Source: Camelus dromedarius (taxonomy: Eukaryota). Taken from it: DNA of 64,000 nucleotides. A model generated the notes under the pieces. The model did no database searches, was not told the origin of the DNA, and was given only the letters and a program-made list of their open reading frames with translations. Location of the stretch: NCBI RefSeq assembly GCF_036321535.1, contig NC_087443.1:77934001-77998000 (forward strand), in the 5' to 3' direction. Within the stretch, counting starts at the first letter, position 1, and every line of letters starts with the position of its first letter. Below are positions 26,168-38,790 of the stretch, one piece after another. The translations under genes were made by a program, and so were the position numbers.

Positions 26168-26345
26168 AAATCACACCATCCTCAAAACCTCATCCACCTG
26201 TTGTGGGCAAAGTGACTCATCACAGCATTGAATTGTACTGGGATCTGGAGAAGAAAGCTAAGCGGCAAGGACCTCAGGAGCAGTGGTTCAGGTTTTCCAT
26301 TGAAGAGGAGGACCCCAAAATGCACACTTACGGTATCATTTATAC
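26168..26345 (+). CDS. FANK1: FANK1 exon 2 (start of FN3 domain)
   Basis: poly-T...aatag|AAATC acceptor and TATAC|gtaggt donor; 178 nt; encodes [60 protein letters not shown], recognised as FANK1; phase 1 start. Confidence 0.97.
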
Positions 26346-26677
26346 GTAGGTGCAATGTTGCATTGCTTAACACTTTGATTTCTTGATTAGCTGGAATGGT
26401 TTCTATTGTCTCCGAGAGGACTCATTTTGAAATTAAAGAAAAGAATGAGTCAGCATCATTTGCATGCATACTTTTTATGAAAAATGATTTTTGGAAAATA
26501 AGCTTTAGCAGTAACGTTGAAATCAAACCTCCTATACATTTGAGAGCTTCTCAGGCTTCTGAAATATACTAATGGTATATTTAATAAAATGCAAGATGCA
26601 GATACAGATGCAAAGGAGATTTGGCTGATATCAGTTGGGGTTTCCATCAGGCTGTTCTGTTCACAGATGTGACAACT

Positions 26678-27394
26678 TCCTTTTTTAATATATATTTTTA
26701 TTGATGTATTAGTCAGTTGACAATGTTGTGTCAATTTCTGGTGTACAATACTTCAGTCACGGAGGAACATACATATATTTGTCTGCATACTCTTTTTCAC
26801 CACAAGTTACTATAAGATATTGAATATACTTTCCTGTGCTATACAGTATAAACTTGTTTATCTATTTTATATATATAGTAGTTAGTATCTGCAAATCTCG
26901 AACTCCCAGTTTATCCCTAACCCCCCTTCCCCTCTAGTAACTGTAAGTTTGTTTTCTATGTCTGTGAGTCTGTTTCTGTTTTATAAATNNNNNNNNNNNN
27001 NNNNNNNNNNNNNNNNNNNNNNNNNNNNNNNNNNNNNNNNNNNNNNNNNNNNNNNNNNNNNNNNNNNNNNNNNNNNNNNNNNNNNNNNNNNNNNNNNNNN
27101 NNNNNNNNNNNNNNNNNNNNNNNNNNNNNNNNNNNNNNNNTCCTAGTAGTATTCCATTATATAAATATACCAGAACTTCTTTATCCGGTCATCTGTCAAT
27201 GGGCATTTAGGTTGCTTCCATGTCTTGACTATTGTAAATAGTGCTGCTATGAACACTGGGGTGCATGATCTTTTTGACCTAGAGTTCCCTCTGGATATAT
27301 GCCCCAGGAGTGGGATTGCTGGATCATATAGTAAGTCTATTTTCAGTCTTTTGAGAAATCTCCATACTGTTTTCCATAACGGCTGCACCAAACT
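26678..27394 (-). mobile_element. 5'-truncated young L1 with 15-bp TSD
   Basis: acagatgtgacaact at 26663-26677 and 27395-27409; ORF2 [30 protein letters not shown]. Confidence 0.93.
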
Positions 27395-30300
27395 ACAGAT
27401 GTGACAACTCCTCGGCCTCACATCACACCACTGTTCCCTTGTTAGCTCTTTCCAACCAACCGACCACCTCTCTCTTGGCCTCCATCAGGGCCTTTCTTTT
27501 TGCCTTTCCCTTGAATGTGTTTTCTTCTGTCTTTATAAAGCTGGTTCCTTCACACCACACAAATACCAGATCAGATATTGGCCCCTTCTCTGAAGGCCAG
27601 TTGAAGTGGCCATCCTTCCACCCAGCTGTCCCCTCTGTCATGACCCTGTTTCATTTGCCTCGTGACAGTTAGCTCTGCTGGAGTCATTTTACCATTTGCC
27701 TGCTTATTTTCTGTCTCCCCACCACTGCCTTAAGTCCACGAGAGGCAGATAAGCTTCCCGCCTGCTCCATGCTCGATCTCCAGCTCCCTCCTAGACACTG
27801 TTGACACGGTCGGCGGCCCTCAGAATATCTGCTGCGTGGATGAATACATGAATGCAACAGGAATAGTCAAGAAGCCATTTTTCTTCTTAGTCATCATTTC
27901 AACCCTTATTTCTGCCTTTGACAGCTGTAACTGCTTGCAAAATTACTTTGGGTTTCAGGAATACCAAAAACGAGATGCAGATATGGTTTTAAATTAAGCT
28001 TTTAATTTTGAGGTAATTGTAATTATCTTTTAAACTTAAGATAATTTATTATCTTTTGAATTTGAGATAATTCATATCTGGCTGTAAGAAATAATACAGA
28101 GAGATCGCATGTACCTTTTGCCATGTCCCCAGTGGTGACATCGTGGAAGACCAGCGTGGCATCACCACTGGCACGTCGGGGGTGATGCGGTCAGGGTACA
28201 GAGCCGTGCCAGCGCTTCGCTGGTCCTGTCCCAAGCTGGCATTGTGATACGGGTGCTGACGTGAGGGTGCCTACGAAGGTGTCAGCTGTTACCTAAGCGA
28301 CAAGATCCCTGAGATTTGATGAACTGTTCTTTGTACCTGGAGAAAATATGCATTTGTCTGGAATGTCATTGCCATATGAGAATAATTCCTGGCCTGCCTA
28401 CTTGAAATGGTGTTTTAATCATGTCTTGTCATGTGTTATTCTCTGGTAGGTAGTTTCCATCAAAAAGCATGAATTATGATATAAGAAGTATTTCTACCAA
28501 GTGAGAAAAAGATATAGCTTCTTTCCCCGTTTCCTTCGTACTACCAGCCGTGCTGGGCCATGTATTTGTCAGGGGGCTGCCCCGGGCGCTCCTTTACTTC
28601 TGTCTGCATCTCCCCTTCGCTGGGCGACCAGGTGGACAGCCACACCCACTGGTGCGTGTGCTGTGTTTCCTCCAGAGACCTGGGTGCTGTCTGGCCCGGG
28701 AGTTCACCAGGGTGGCTGCCCGGCATCCCAGCAGCCAGGCCTCCAGACCCCCGGCTGGCGGTGCGGCTGTGAGATGCTCGGAGAGCTAGCACCAGCCCTG
28801 ACCACTGGGTGGCAGGATTGGACTGTGCTAGTCCTGACCTCCTTTCTCTGCTGCACCACTTTCCCTCGGTTTGGTTAAAACGAGCAGATGCCTTTCTTTA
28901 AAAAAGCGATTCTGTAGACGATCTGACCTTGGGGCTGTGGATTTAAGAACCTCTTTTTGGCTTGTCAGTGCCGGTCCACCTTCACCACCAGCCAGTCTGG
29001 AATGAGCGGTGTCGTCTCTGACTTGTGCTCTCCTCGCCGCAGCTAGTTTTCCAAGTTTTCCCTTCGCAAATCCCTTCTCTGCTTTCCCTCGTTAGACTGT
29101 GGCGTTTCCCCGGCGAGGATGCGAGTAGGATCCACGTTCTGACAGTTCGCCGCTGCATCCCCAGGTCCTCCAGCTGTCCCGCTCACTGGCCAACTGAACG
29201 GATTGGCCGTGTCCCTCTTGCCTTGCCCTCCACCCTCTCTTCTATCTTGCTAGGTTAATTTTCTTTGTAATCTTCCTTTTTGTCAGATTGCCTTCAATGA
29301 GTGTCCACTGCTTAAAGGTGAAGGCCACAGTCCTTAGAGTGACCTGGGATGTTCTTCACAGCGTGCCCACAACCTGCCTTTCTTGCTGTCTCTGATTTCT
29401 GAGCGTGAACCTTTCAGCGCGATCTGCTTACCGTCCTTGGACTGAGCCCTGACTTTTCCCGCACTTGTGGTCCAGCTGTTTTCCCTGTTTAAGTCTCCCC
29501 CTTCTCCATCCTTTCTTTCACCCAAGTCAGATTCTACCTTGACAGAGAAGCTCCCTTCACAACTCTATTGTCTACCCCTCGAAACTCCTGTGATAACCGG
29601 TGCCCATGCGACGCATGTCATTCATTCAGTCAGCGTCTCCTATGTGCCAGACACTGTTGTGGATGCCGGGGGTATGGTGCTGGACGAACAGACAAAAATC
29701 CCTCCCTCACGATGAGGAAGACAGTGGGTGGAGAGAGCATGGCACCCTGTTTCTTGAAGCTTCTACCCAGAATGATACACTTCACTTCTGTCTATACTTC
29801 GTTGCTCAAAGCAAGTCACAGAGCCAGGTCTGAGTTCAGCAGCGCTGGGGTATCGGGTCCCTGGCAGCCAGTCTCCCACGGGGCACTGAGGGTTTTGGCC
29901 AACTCGAGCAACCAAGTCTAGCGGTGGAGCAGAAGCTCGTTTTGGGACTCTCAGGCATCCAAGTAGGGGCGTCAAGGAGGCACTTGGGAAAGACTGGGCC
30001 AGGGGAGAGTCTGGGCTGGAGAAGCGAATTTCAGAGTCACCAGCAGGGGATGGGATAGGAGCGCTGGGAGTGGGGGCATAGCGAGAGGAGAAGAGTCTGG
30101 TGGCGGCGTCAGGGGCAGCCCAGCACTTACTGTCTGCTCAGCACCTGCATCAGATACTCACTTTGACTGACAACAGAAATAAGGGTACACTTTATACTCT
30201 GACGTGTTTCCTCTGCTGTGGAAAAGCTCTAAGCTTGTTTCATCTTTTAAGCTATTGTGCCTGGACCATGTGAGGCTGGAAGAACTGCTTCTGTCGGACA

Positions 30301-30984
30301 CCCCCGCGTCTGTGCTGCAGTCCGTGTCACCCTGTGTCTGTGCTGTTGTCACCGTGCAGGACGCCATGGGCAGCTGTGTCTCTGGTCTTCCCCGTGGGGC
30401 CATCTCTACTGATGTCATGAGAGCCTCCAGCCTCCCATCAGTGTGTCCAGTGGCATCTGTTTTCTAGACAATTCTGTCTTTTCTCTTTCCAGGGGTTAGG
30501 AACGTGCTGTTTGCCTCATGGTGATCTTATGATATTTAGCAATATTGTATTTTAATGGGGGCACCTTTGGTTTTATTTTGGTCTAAAACTGTGTTGAGCC
30601 TTTGACACTCAGCACTCAGTTGGGCATTCTATTCTCAGTGAGCGCCTAAAGATCTTTTCAGACGCTGCAAACTGAGGGCTCAGTTTCTGTGATTCCGGTA
30701 TCTTCAGATACAGACCTGTGCTCACGTAACAGCAAAACCCACCTACTCATAAGCGTACTTCGTGCCAAGCTCATATATTTTAGTTTGTTGTTGTTATTTT
30801 TTTAGACCATACAGTTTTTCATATTTATTCTTGGTTTTAGAGCTTTTTCTTTTATGGTAAATATATTTATATCAGTTTTCAATGTTTGGTTTTTTTGGCT
30901 GCTTAATTCAGATGTTTGTCCTAATGGTGTTGGTATGATTTCTTCCTTGTCTTTATTATAGTTTCTCCTTTGTTGATACACGAT

Positions 30985-31250
30985 GTATCGGCTCTCTATT
31001 GCTGTGTAAAAGCCACCCCAAACTTAGTGGTTTTGTTTAAAGTGTAAAATAATCACACGCTTGCCCAAGGGGGCAAGAGCAGAAGCTGCCAGTGTCTTAA
31101 GTCCTGGGACCCAGAACTGCGCAGCATCCCTTTGCCTCGTCCCATCCTATTTAAGGGGAGAGGGGTGTTTAAGGGACGCACCTGCCAGACGGGAGGGATA
31201 GTTGAAGGCCACCTTGACTGGCGTGACTTCTTTGGTGAAGACAAATGTGC
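30985..31250 (-). mobile_element. MLT1 LTR fragment
   Basis: ctattgctgtgtaaaagccaccccaaacttagtgg terminus. Confidence 0.6.
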
Positions 31251-32739
31251 TTCAAGTAAAGATTGTATCAGTTAGGAGGGCTGCACCGCCTCGCCAAGGA
31301 CGGGGGGGCACAGACAAGGGTCAGAAGGGCCTGAACACCCTTGTCTCTTTCTCGCCTCTAGGGGAGCTCTGGCCCAGAGGTCACTTAGATTTTGGTGCCT
31401 GAACTTGTGATGGAAAAAGGGACTCTGAGTATTCAGGATTTCATTTCAGCTTAAAATGTTGTATTTTGGATAAACAATGAAGGGAGAGAAACAGAAAGGG
31501 CAGAGGGTCTTTGTGATTCTTTTCTAGTTTTCAAACTTGGTTCTCCAGGTCTTTGAGCCGAGGTCCCCCGGGGAGCGCACATCCAGACCAGTCTGATCCC
31601 TGCTGGGTCCTTCTGGCCCTTGTCCTTCGCTCCCACACCCTTCAGTCCCCTGGGATTCCATGTCCGCTAACCCACGTTCCTTTCTCACGCTGCCTGGGTC
31701 TTTCCTCCCCGGCCTGTCTGCCTGTCTGTCCTGGAAGCCGCTCTGCCCATGTCTCACTGCATCAGAGGCCTCTTCACTAGAGGAGAGGCTTCGGGAGCCC
31801 CCCCCTTCCCCACGGCAGAGGAGTGACTCACCTGATGGATGGGTGTGGGAGGTAGACCTTAGGCGGCTTCCTGGGTCTCCTTAAACTATTCCAGAGGGTC
31901 CCCTCCCTCTGGAGCAAGTGCTGGGATGGCGCTCTGGCTGTGCCCTTGGCGCTGTGCCTGCATCTGTGAGGAGAGGCTGCTGCTCCCGGTGGGGGGGGGG
32001 GCGGTGGGCGGGGAGGGGTGAGGCTGTTTAACTGATGGGTGAGGTGTCAGACCACCCGCCCCGGCCCGGACCGAAAGCCGGGCTTCCACGTGAGCCTTTG
32101 GCAGCCGCGTGCCCGCTCCAGCACTGTCACTCCAGCCTGCCCCAGCGCCACTCCTCACCGCCCTGGACTACGTGTCCTCTTGCACCCGTCAGCAGCAGTT
32201 GACAGATTCTCATCCTTGAGCTGGTCCAGGGCCACATCCCAGCCCAGCCCACTGTCTCACAAGTGATGGGCACTAGACAGGTTTGCTGGGTTGCATGGAA
32301 TGGGACTGATGTATGAATATTTCGGTAGCACCTAAACAGTTTTGAAAAATTAATTGTGAATCCTGAAGTGTGGTCTGGACCTCCGTACGGGCCTCTGAGA
32401 AGGAAAGACAAACTAGAGACAGAAATCGGAGAAAACAATGGTGCGTGTGGAGTCCAGGGAGCTGTGGCGTGCTCTGGAGGGAGGAGAGCGCCGCCCGGGC
32501 CGGGAGTGAGAGCAGGAGAGGAGAAAGAGCTGGAACTGGCACGTCCTCGCACACCCTCGCAGACCCAGCCTGGGTGTGAGGAAAGAAAGGTTTAGATAAA
32601 GGCTTTGAAAAGAAGTACATGGAATTTACTCAGATGCCGATAAAAGCTCCTGGCGGCAAAGACGAGCTGAGGTTTTGGGCGATACTGGGAGATACATACA
32701 ACTCCGTGGACTTGCAGAGACCTAGTGTCCCGGAAATTG

Positions 32740-33180
32740 GGCCAGTCAGAGCCAGGCCCCTGGGCCCTGCCTCAGGAGCAGAGGGCTGGGGCCTCGGCCC
32801 CTCCGCTGGGTCCCGGCGTCTCCGCGGCCAGGAGCTCACCGTGTGCCCGCGGCTCCCGGTGCTGACCGCAGGCCCCAGACGGTCGGCGCGCTCCTCGCCT
32901 CTGGATTTCCCTCGCAGCCTCCCATCAGCTCTGTTCTGTGCGCGCAGCACCTCCTCCCCCAGGCGTTCCCCTGGATGAACCTGACCGTGCGGCGTGATGT
33001 GCGGGTGGCCCCTCACGCGCTGCCTGACCCCCACCCCCGCTGCCACTCGGGGCTGCTCGGGGGCTCCGAGCACCCGCCCCCTCTGTTTCACAACCTCTCC
33101 CCGCAGGAGGGCTTTGCCTGCGGTAGCTGCACCGTCGCCGACTGGACAGCCTCGCCGGTGCAAAGACCCCTGCTCAGAAA
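32740..33180. promoter_or_regulatory. Intragenic CpG-rich, GC-rich patch in FANK1 intron 2
   Basis: visibly dense CpGs (cgcg, gcgcgc, ccgcgg) ending ~350 nt upstream of exon 3. Confidence 0.5.
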
Positions 33181-33521
33181 GCAATGTGTGTGCTGTGGCC
33201 TGCCTGGCTTAGCTTTCAGATGGGAAACTTTGAGGACGAACAAATATCATGGGTTAACGTGATCCTTTCCCAGAAGTACACAATTGAGGGACAGCTGGGT
33301 GTCAGCACTGGTGGGGGGTGGGGGCTGTGGAATAGCAGGCGGGGTGGGGGCCTCACTTGGCCTTTGTGCTCAGCCTGCTGGGAGGGACCGGCCACCACCA
33401 AGGCCAGATCTGAACTGGAAGTAGCCAGCATTCCAAATCGCCTTCACCGGCTCTTCCAGTGACTCGGGCAGCCCTGACTCACTGCCCCGCCGCCCTCAGC
33501 ACCTGTGTCCCCTCCGTCTAG

Positions 33522-33646
33522 GGGATACGCGACCAAGCACGTTGTGGAAGGTCTGGAGCCCCGGACTCCGTATCGGTTTCGACTGAAGGTTACCAGCCCC
33601 TCTGGAGAGTTTGAGTACAGCCCAGTGGTCGCCGTGTCTACGACCA
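33522..33646 (+). CDS. FANK1: FANK1 exon 3 (FN3 domain)
   Basis: ctag|G acceptor and ACCA|gtgagt donor; 125 nt; [41 protein letters not shown]; phase matches exon 2. Confidence 0.97.
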
Positions 33647-33694
33647 GTGAGTATACAGTCACTCGGAACCCATTAAAATTTTTTTTTTTGGTGG

Positions 33695-33804
33695 GGAGGA
33701 AGTAATTATGCTTATTTTTATTTTTTAATGGAGGGGCCGGGGATTGAGCCCAGGACCTCGTGCATACTAAGCACACGCTCTGCCACTGACCTATACCCTC
33801 CCCC
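33695..33804 (-). mobile_element. tRNA-Ala-derived camelid SINE
   Basis: ggggattgagcccaggacctcgtgcatactaagcacacgctctgccactgacctataccc with T-rich tail. Confidence 0.85.
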
Positions 33805-36800
33805 TTTTAGAATTCTTTTTTATTTTTATTTTGTTATTTTTTTCTTTGGAGGTACTGGGGCAGACTCGCTGATCTAGAGACGACAAGCAGTGGGAAGGGA
33901 AAAGGTGGTTTGCCCTTTGCTCGGCCTCACAGGAAGCAGAACCGGTTCCATTTCTGACACGGTGATAACATTGTTCACTGGCCGGGTCTGGCCGCAGCAT
34001 AAGGGAAGTCTGTTTACGCTTTAACAAACGAGAGAGCTGGTTTTGGGCCAGCCCTGCCCCAGGGACATACATTCAGAAAAAAGCCTAGAGTCACCTTTCT
34101 TCAGAAACAGGCCAGAGGGGTGTGGGCCGAGCCCGTGTTCCCACGCGGAGAAACAGGCTGCCCACTCAGGTGACCTCCAGTGAGGGGTCCACTCAGCGAT
34201 TTGTCCCTTTGTGGGAAACTTCAGTGTGTCTGCCATGACTTGACACAACAATCTGAGTACTGGAGATGCTGTGAGCGAGGAAGAATGAGCAGGGCTGCTT
34301 CTGGCCACAGGACAGCGGGAGAGAGCCCCACGCAGGGTGGGCGCGCGGCCACTTCGTTCGCCCAGGGCACGTGTTAAGGGTGCACATGATCTCTGCGATT
34401 GGCATTTTAAAACATTTTAAAGGTGTGTGTGAATGCAGTGCCACCTTTGACCTGGAATGTTGTGAAGATTAAAATGGCCAGTAGTGTTTCTCATGGTCAA
34501 CCCGCTGAAAACACAGATTGTTTTTTTTTTTTTTTTTTTGGTTGCACCAAGGAAATCTTGTGAAAAGTTATTCAAACATTTTATTCAATGTACCATTTAG
34601 CTTGTATATATATGTGTGTGTATATATATATATTTTTTTTCTTCGACTTTCAATTGTGTCCTTTAGGCATTTATTCAAGGACGTTTTTGTTTGGCTGAAT
34701 ATTCAGATTTTGAGTCGGTTCATGACATCTTTGGTGGCAAACAAGGCACTAGGGGGTTGAGAATGGTGTTAGAGCCAAGGCTGGCGAGCCGTGTGCTTCC
34801 CCGGATGGTGTTCAGCTATCTGGGGGGAAGCGGAGTTTCGGAGGGGACTTCTGAAGTGAGACGGTCCATTAGGGAGATGCTGGGCAGGAAAGAGGGCTTG
34901 GCCCTGACTCTGGCCAGGGGAAAGGCGTTTGCTTTTCTGTGGAAGGTGCTGAGCTCCTGGAGTTTTTAGGGGAAAAGGAAGAAGACGGAGCAGCAGACTG
35001 GGCCTTAGCGCTTTGCGTGCTGAGGGAAGGAGCGGCTCAGGGAGGAGAGAAAGTTGGCAGAGGCGGCCCGTCATGTGACAGGAGACTCCCGGGGGGGAAC
35101 ATGGGGCAGGAGGCCCCCCATGCCACCTTTCAGCTCCCTCCCGCCCTCCCCGGCCCCCCCCAGACCCCCCTAGTGGCCTGCCCCTGCACTCGGGTGCCCT
35201 CCGAGCCCCCTTCACTCCCGGGCCTGCCCAGCCTGCTCCCCTCCCAGGCAGAGCTCTGCTCAGGGGTGTCCCTGGTGTGGGTCCCCTTGTCTGCCAGGCA
35301 CTCAGCAGTGTCTTACCACCTCCAGTACCACTTCTTGCCTCTTGTTTTAGGTATTTGTTTATCTTCTTTGTCTCCCTGCAGGGCCCAGGTGACAGGTCCG
35401 TCAGGTCTAGTTTGTAGAAGGGCCTTAATAAACAGGTGGACGGATGGTGAAAGAGAAGTCCTGAGGCAGAACTGGGGGTGCGGGGAGCACCGATCTCAGC
35501 TTGCTCTCTTGTCTCTTGGGAAACGGGTCTAGTTCCCACTGGCTGGGAGAGTCCACCTGAACCTGCCAGGCGAGGGCACACTGGGTGCAGGACCAACCAC
35601 GGGGGCCCTCCAGTGGCCACTGGCATCCTTCTTAATACCGCATCACAGCCAGGGCAGGGGCTCCTGGGCCTCCTGGCCGGAGTTTACAGGGAGGCCGTGC
35701 ACCATTTGGAGCTCTTGCAGGAAGGCAGAAGCCTTCATAGCGCTCTATCAGCTGACACGGGTTGTGCCTGTCCGCCAGCTGTGCCCTCTCCTTGTGGAGC
35801 TGGCTTCTGAGAGGCAGCCGTGGATAACTGGTCCAGTGGTCCAAGGCATTTGTCACTGCAGCCCATGGCTTCCAGGGTAATTAGATAAGACCTCCTGCAG
35901 GGATGAGGGTGTGGTGGAAACGTGGCTCCTGGCGCTGACCCTCCTGCACTTTTCCCTGTCAGGCCACTCCACACGTGCTGGCAGCCGGGTGCCCCTCTGC
36001 TGGGTGGTAAGGAGCAGGCACCTTCCGCCTGCCAGGCTGCAGCTCCCATAGGCTGTTGTTATTCTAATATCCAAAGCAGCCTCCCTTAAGGAGGCAGTTC
36101 ATGCTAAACAAAGAATTAAAAATGTGCACGTTATATACGACAAGTGAAAATGCTTCTGTGGGATGATCATTTGCATGCGGTTTGAAAGTGTTTTAATGAA
36201 TCACAAAAGCATGTACTTTGTTTAAAGAAAGGATGCTCAGCCTTTTTTTTTCCTCCCCAGGTAAAGTACACGAGACTCTTGCTTAAATGAGGCATGCAGT
36301 TTTAATCAGTTGGGCCCTTAAAAAGAAAGAAAAACAGCTGCTGCTTGTTAATTGGCAAATATTTTCTCCAATGAGCTCATCATTTATTCACTGCTTTTAA
36401 TAGAGACTTAAATTCCACCAAGAAAGGTGTTAGCACCGCATTTTAATATCTGTCGGCACATCTTCAGCTAAATGACCCCTTACAGAGCATGAGGGATGGC
36501 TTCCCAAAGACCTCTCTGCCCTGCTCCCTCCTCCTCCTGGGTCAGGCGAGCCCCTGTGTGGCCCAGCCCCATGAGTGCCACGCAGCTGCGCAGGGCAGGC
36601 GCTCACAGACATCCTCACCGCGGGCAGTATCAGTTCAACATCTGTAATTGCGATGTTCGGCATAAGCACTAGAAAAACAAACCCACAAAGGCAAAGTCTG
36701 CCCTTTTTTTATGTCCCTTTGCACTTACTGATGGCAACCTCTTGGGCCAGGCCCATAACGTCTTGACAGATTCAGGGGCGGGAGGACTGGACATCCTGCT

Positions 36801-37814
36801 CACCCTGGAATTTCCTCTCTGTTTTCTGACTCCTGCCTGTGGTGGGAGTAGACGGGACTGCCCTGCCTTGCAAACAAGAGCCTTTTCATCTCTCTTCTGC
36901 TTCCCTGTCAAATGCCTGTAAACTGGGGGACTTTTGTGCCTTGGTTGATCCCTGTCTCGGCTGGTGCTAACCCTCCGTGCCTTGGCACGGGTCTGAGAGG
37001 GTTAAGGAGTTAATGCCATGACAGTTACTGCTTCCTTTTGCCAAAACTCAGCAAGCTGGGGAGGACGAACAATTATGCTGTTTTCCTTTCTCTTCTGTGA
37101 GAAGTCCCTTTGTTCTCAGAATAAGTCATGAGAGCGCTGACGACCTCTCACAGAAGCTGGAAAAGGCGATACATTTATTTAAGTGATGTTCCAATATCAA
37201 AACACCCCGGTCTTTGCTACGCACGGTCCTCAAGCTTCTAAGCACAAAATGAATTTTCATTTTCCGATGTTTGTGCGCTGCCGAGCTTCCTGGGTGGGAA
37301 GCCCTGGGAAGGGCCCCCACGGGGAGGGAGGGCTGTGGCGGGCAGGTGAGAGGGTGAGGAGGATGGAGGTGGTCAGGGCGACATGCTGGGCGCTGGGTGT
37401 GCGTCTAGAGTTTCCCTTCTAAACCCCAGGAAGCGAGCACTTTCCCAAAGCTTCCTAGGCTTTCGGCCTCTTTCGCTTCACACGAGGCGGGGCTTGGGGT
37501 CCGTGTTGGTTTATTTCAGATGTCTGCTTGTATTCCAAATTTCATAAGGTTGGAACTGCTCCGCTGCCTCAACATGTGTGACCAGCCCAGAGGAGGGAAG
37601 GAGGGCGGCCTCAGGAAAGACCTGGCTCTGAGCTCCCATGTCGCCCCCTCCCACCTGGGTGACCTTGGGCACGTCACTCAGCCTTTCCGCCCCGTTCTGT
37701 GGACCGAAGGAGAATCCGGAAGCAGCATGTGAAGTCCTGGGTGCAGCTTAGTGAACAGGATCTGGTTAGAGTACCACACTTTAAAATTCAGTAGAAATAG
37801 GGGGAGCTTCCTAT

Positions 37815-38313
37815 TGTCGACTGAAATAAAACCACACAGCGTGAGAGTTGTGGGTTAAGGTTTATTTGGGGCAAAGTGAGGACTATAGCCTGGGAGACAG
37901 CATCCCAGAGAGCTCTGAGGAACTGCTCCAAAGAGGCAGGGGGAGAACTCAGTATTAGATACGATCTCAGTGAAGGGGGGACGTGCAGTCAAGCACACAC
38001 CTGGGCAGAGGCTGCTGCTAGTCACGAGGAGCGGATGTCACTGTTAATGATTTTAGTGCTTTTCTGGATGAGGAGATTCAAGAATTGGGGTCATAAAATT
38101 TCCTGAAAACCTCTCTCTGAAGACCTGTTCTGCCAGTTTTCCCAGAGCACAGAGCGCCTCCTTCCTGACCTCCCCCCTGAACTCCTTGCAGGGCGTGTTG
38201 GAGGTCAGCGGCTGCAGCGGCTCGTGATTTAATCCAAGCAGAGGGAGCCGGCCAGTGCCAACGTGATCCAGTCCTTGTAGAGGCACGTGGCTAGTGCCAC
38301 TTTTTAGTTAGCA
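37815..38313 (-). mobile_element. Solo ERV1-type LTR (resembles artiodactyl MER41-like LTRs)
   Basis: TG...CA bounded, ~500 nt; minus-strand AATAAA at 37861-37866; gaggactatagcctgggagacagc...gctctgaggaactgctcc text; family assignment from memory. Confidence 0.7.
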
Positions 38314-38589
38314 TATGTTCTAGGTGATTCTATGCAAATTCCTTGTGTGGGTAATTTTAGTGGCAGTTGAAGTCTGAGAGTCACAGCAGTGGGGCTGTTT
38401 GGTGGGATAACAGAGCCTTTCCCACCACACCATCCTCCCCCTCCTTTCTGAGAAGTGGTGGGGGAGGGAAACTTGCCATGGGTTTAGTTTGTATGGTTTT
38501 AGTTTAGTCCAGTAAAGTACAGACGGGTCACCTTGTAGGTCATTTTAAGTCTGCACGGCGCCAGTGCAGGGATTCTCCCTGCTACTGGC

Positions 38590-38790
38590 GTCCGGGGCCG
38601 GATAATTAGGGATGTGAGGCTCATCCCATGTCCGTGGATGTTCAGTGGCATCTCTGGCCTCCAGATGCCAGTAGCACCAACTCTTAAGTTGTGACAACCA
38701 AAAATGTCACCAGACTTTACCAAATGCCCTCTGGGTGAGTGGGTTGGGGGGCAAAACACCACCCCCTCCTGCAGCCCCTCATGGAAACAC
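38590..38790 (-). mobile_element. MER20 (hAT-Charlie) remnant
   Basis: gatgccagtagcacc...gttgtgacaaccaaaaatgtcaccagac...aaatgccc = reverse complement of the MER20 core. Confidence 0.8.

Noticed and set aside
32630-33262. 184-aa and 139-aa overlapping ORFs before exon 3
   Set aside because: CpG/GC-rich composition explains them; no homology recognised.
34769-35626. 285-aa minus-strand ORF (longest in the window)
   Set aside because: Low-complexity G/P/R/A-rich peptide in very GC-rich intron, no recognisable domain, not an ATG start; expected from stop-codon scarcity.
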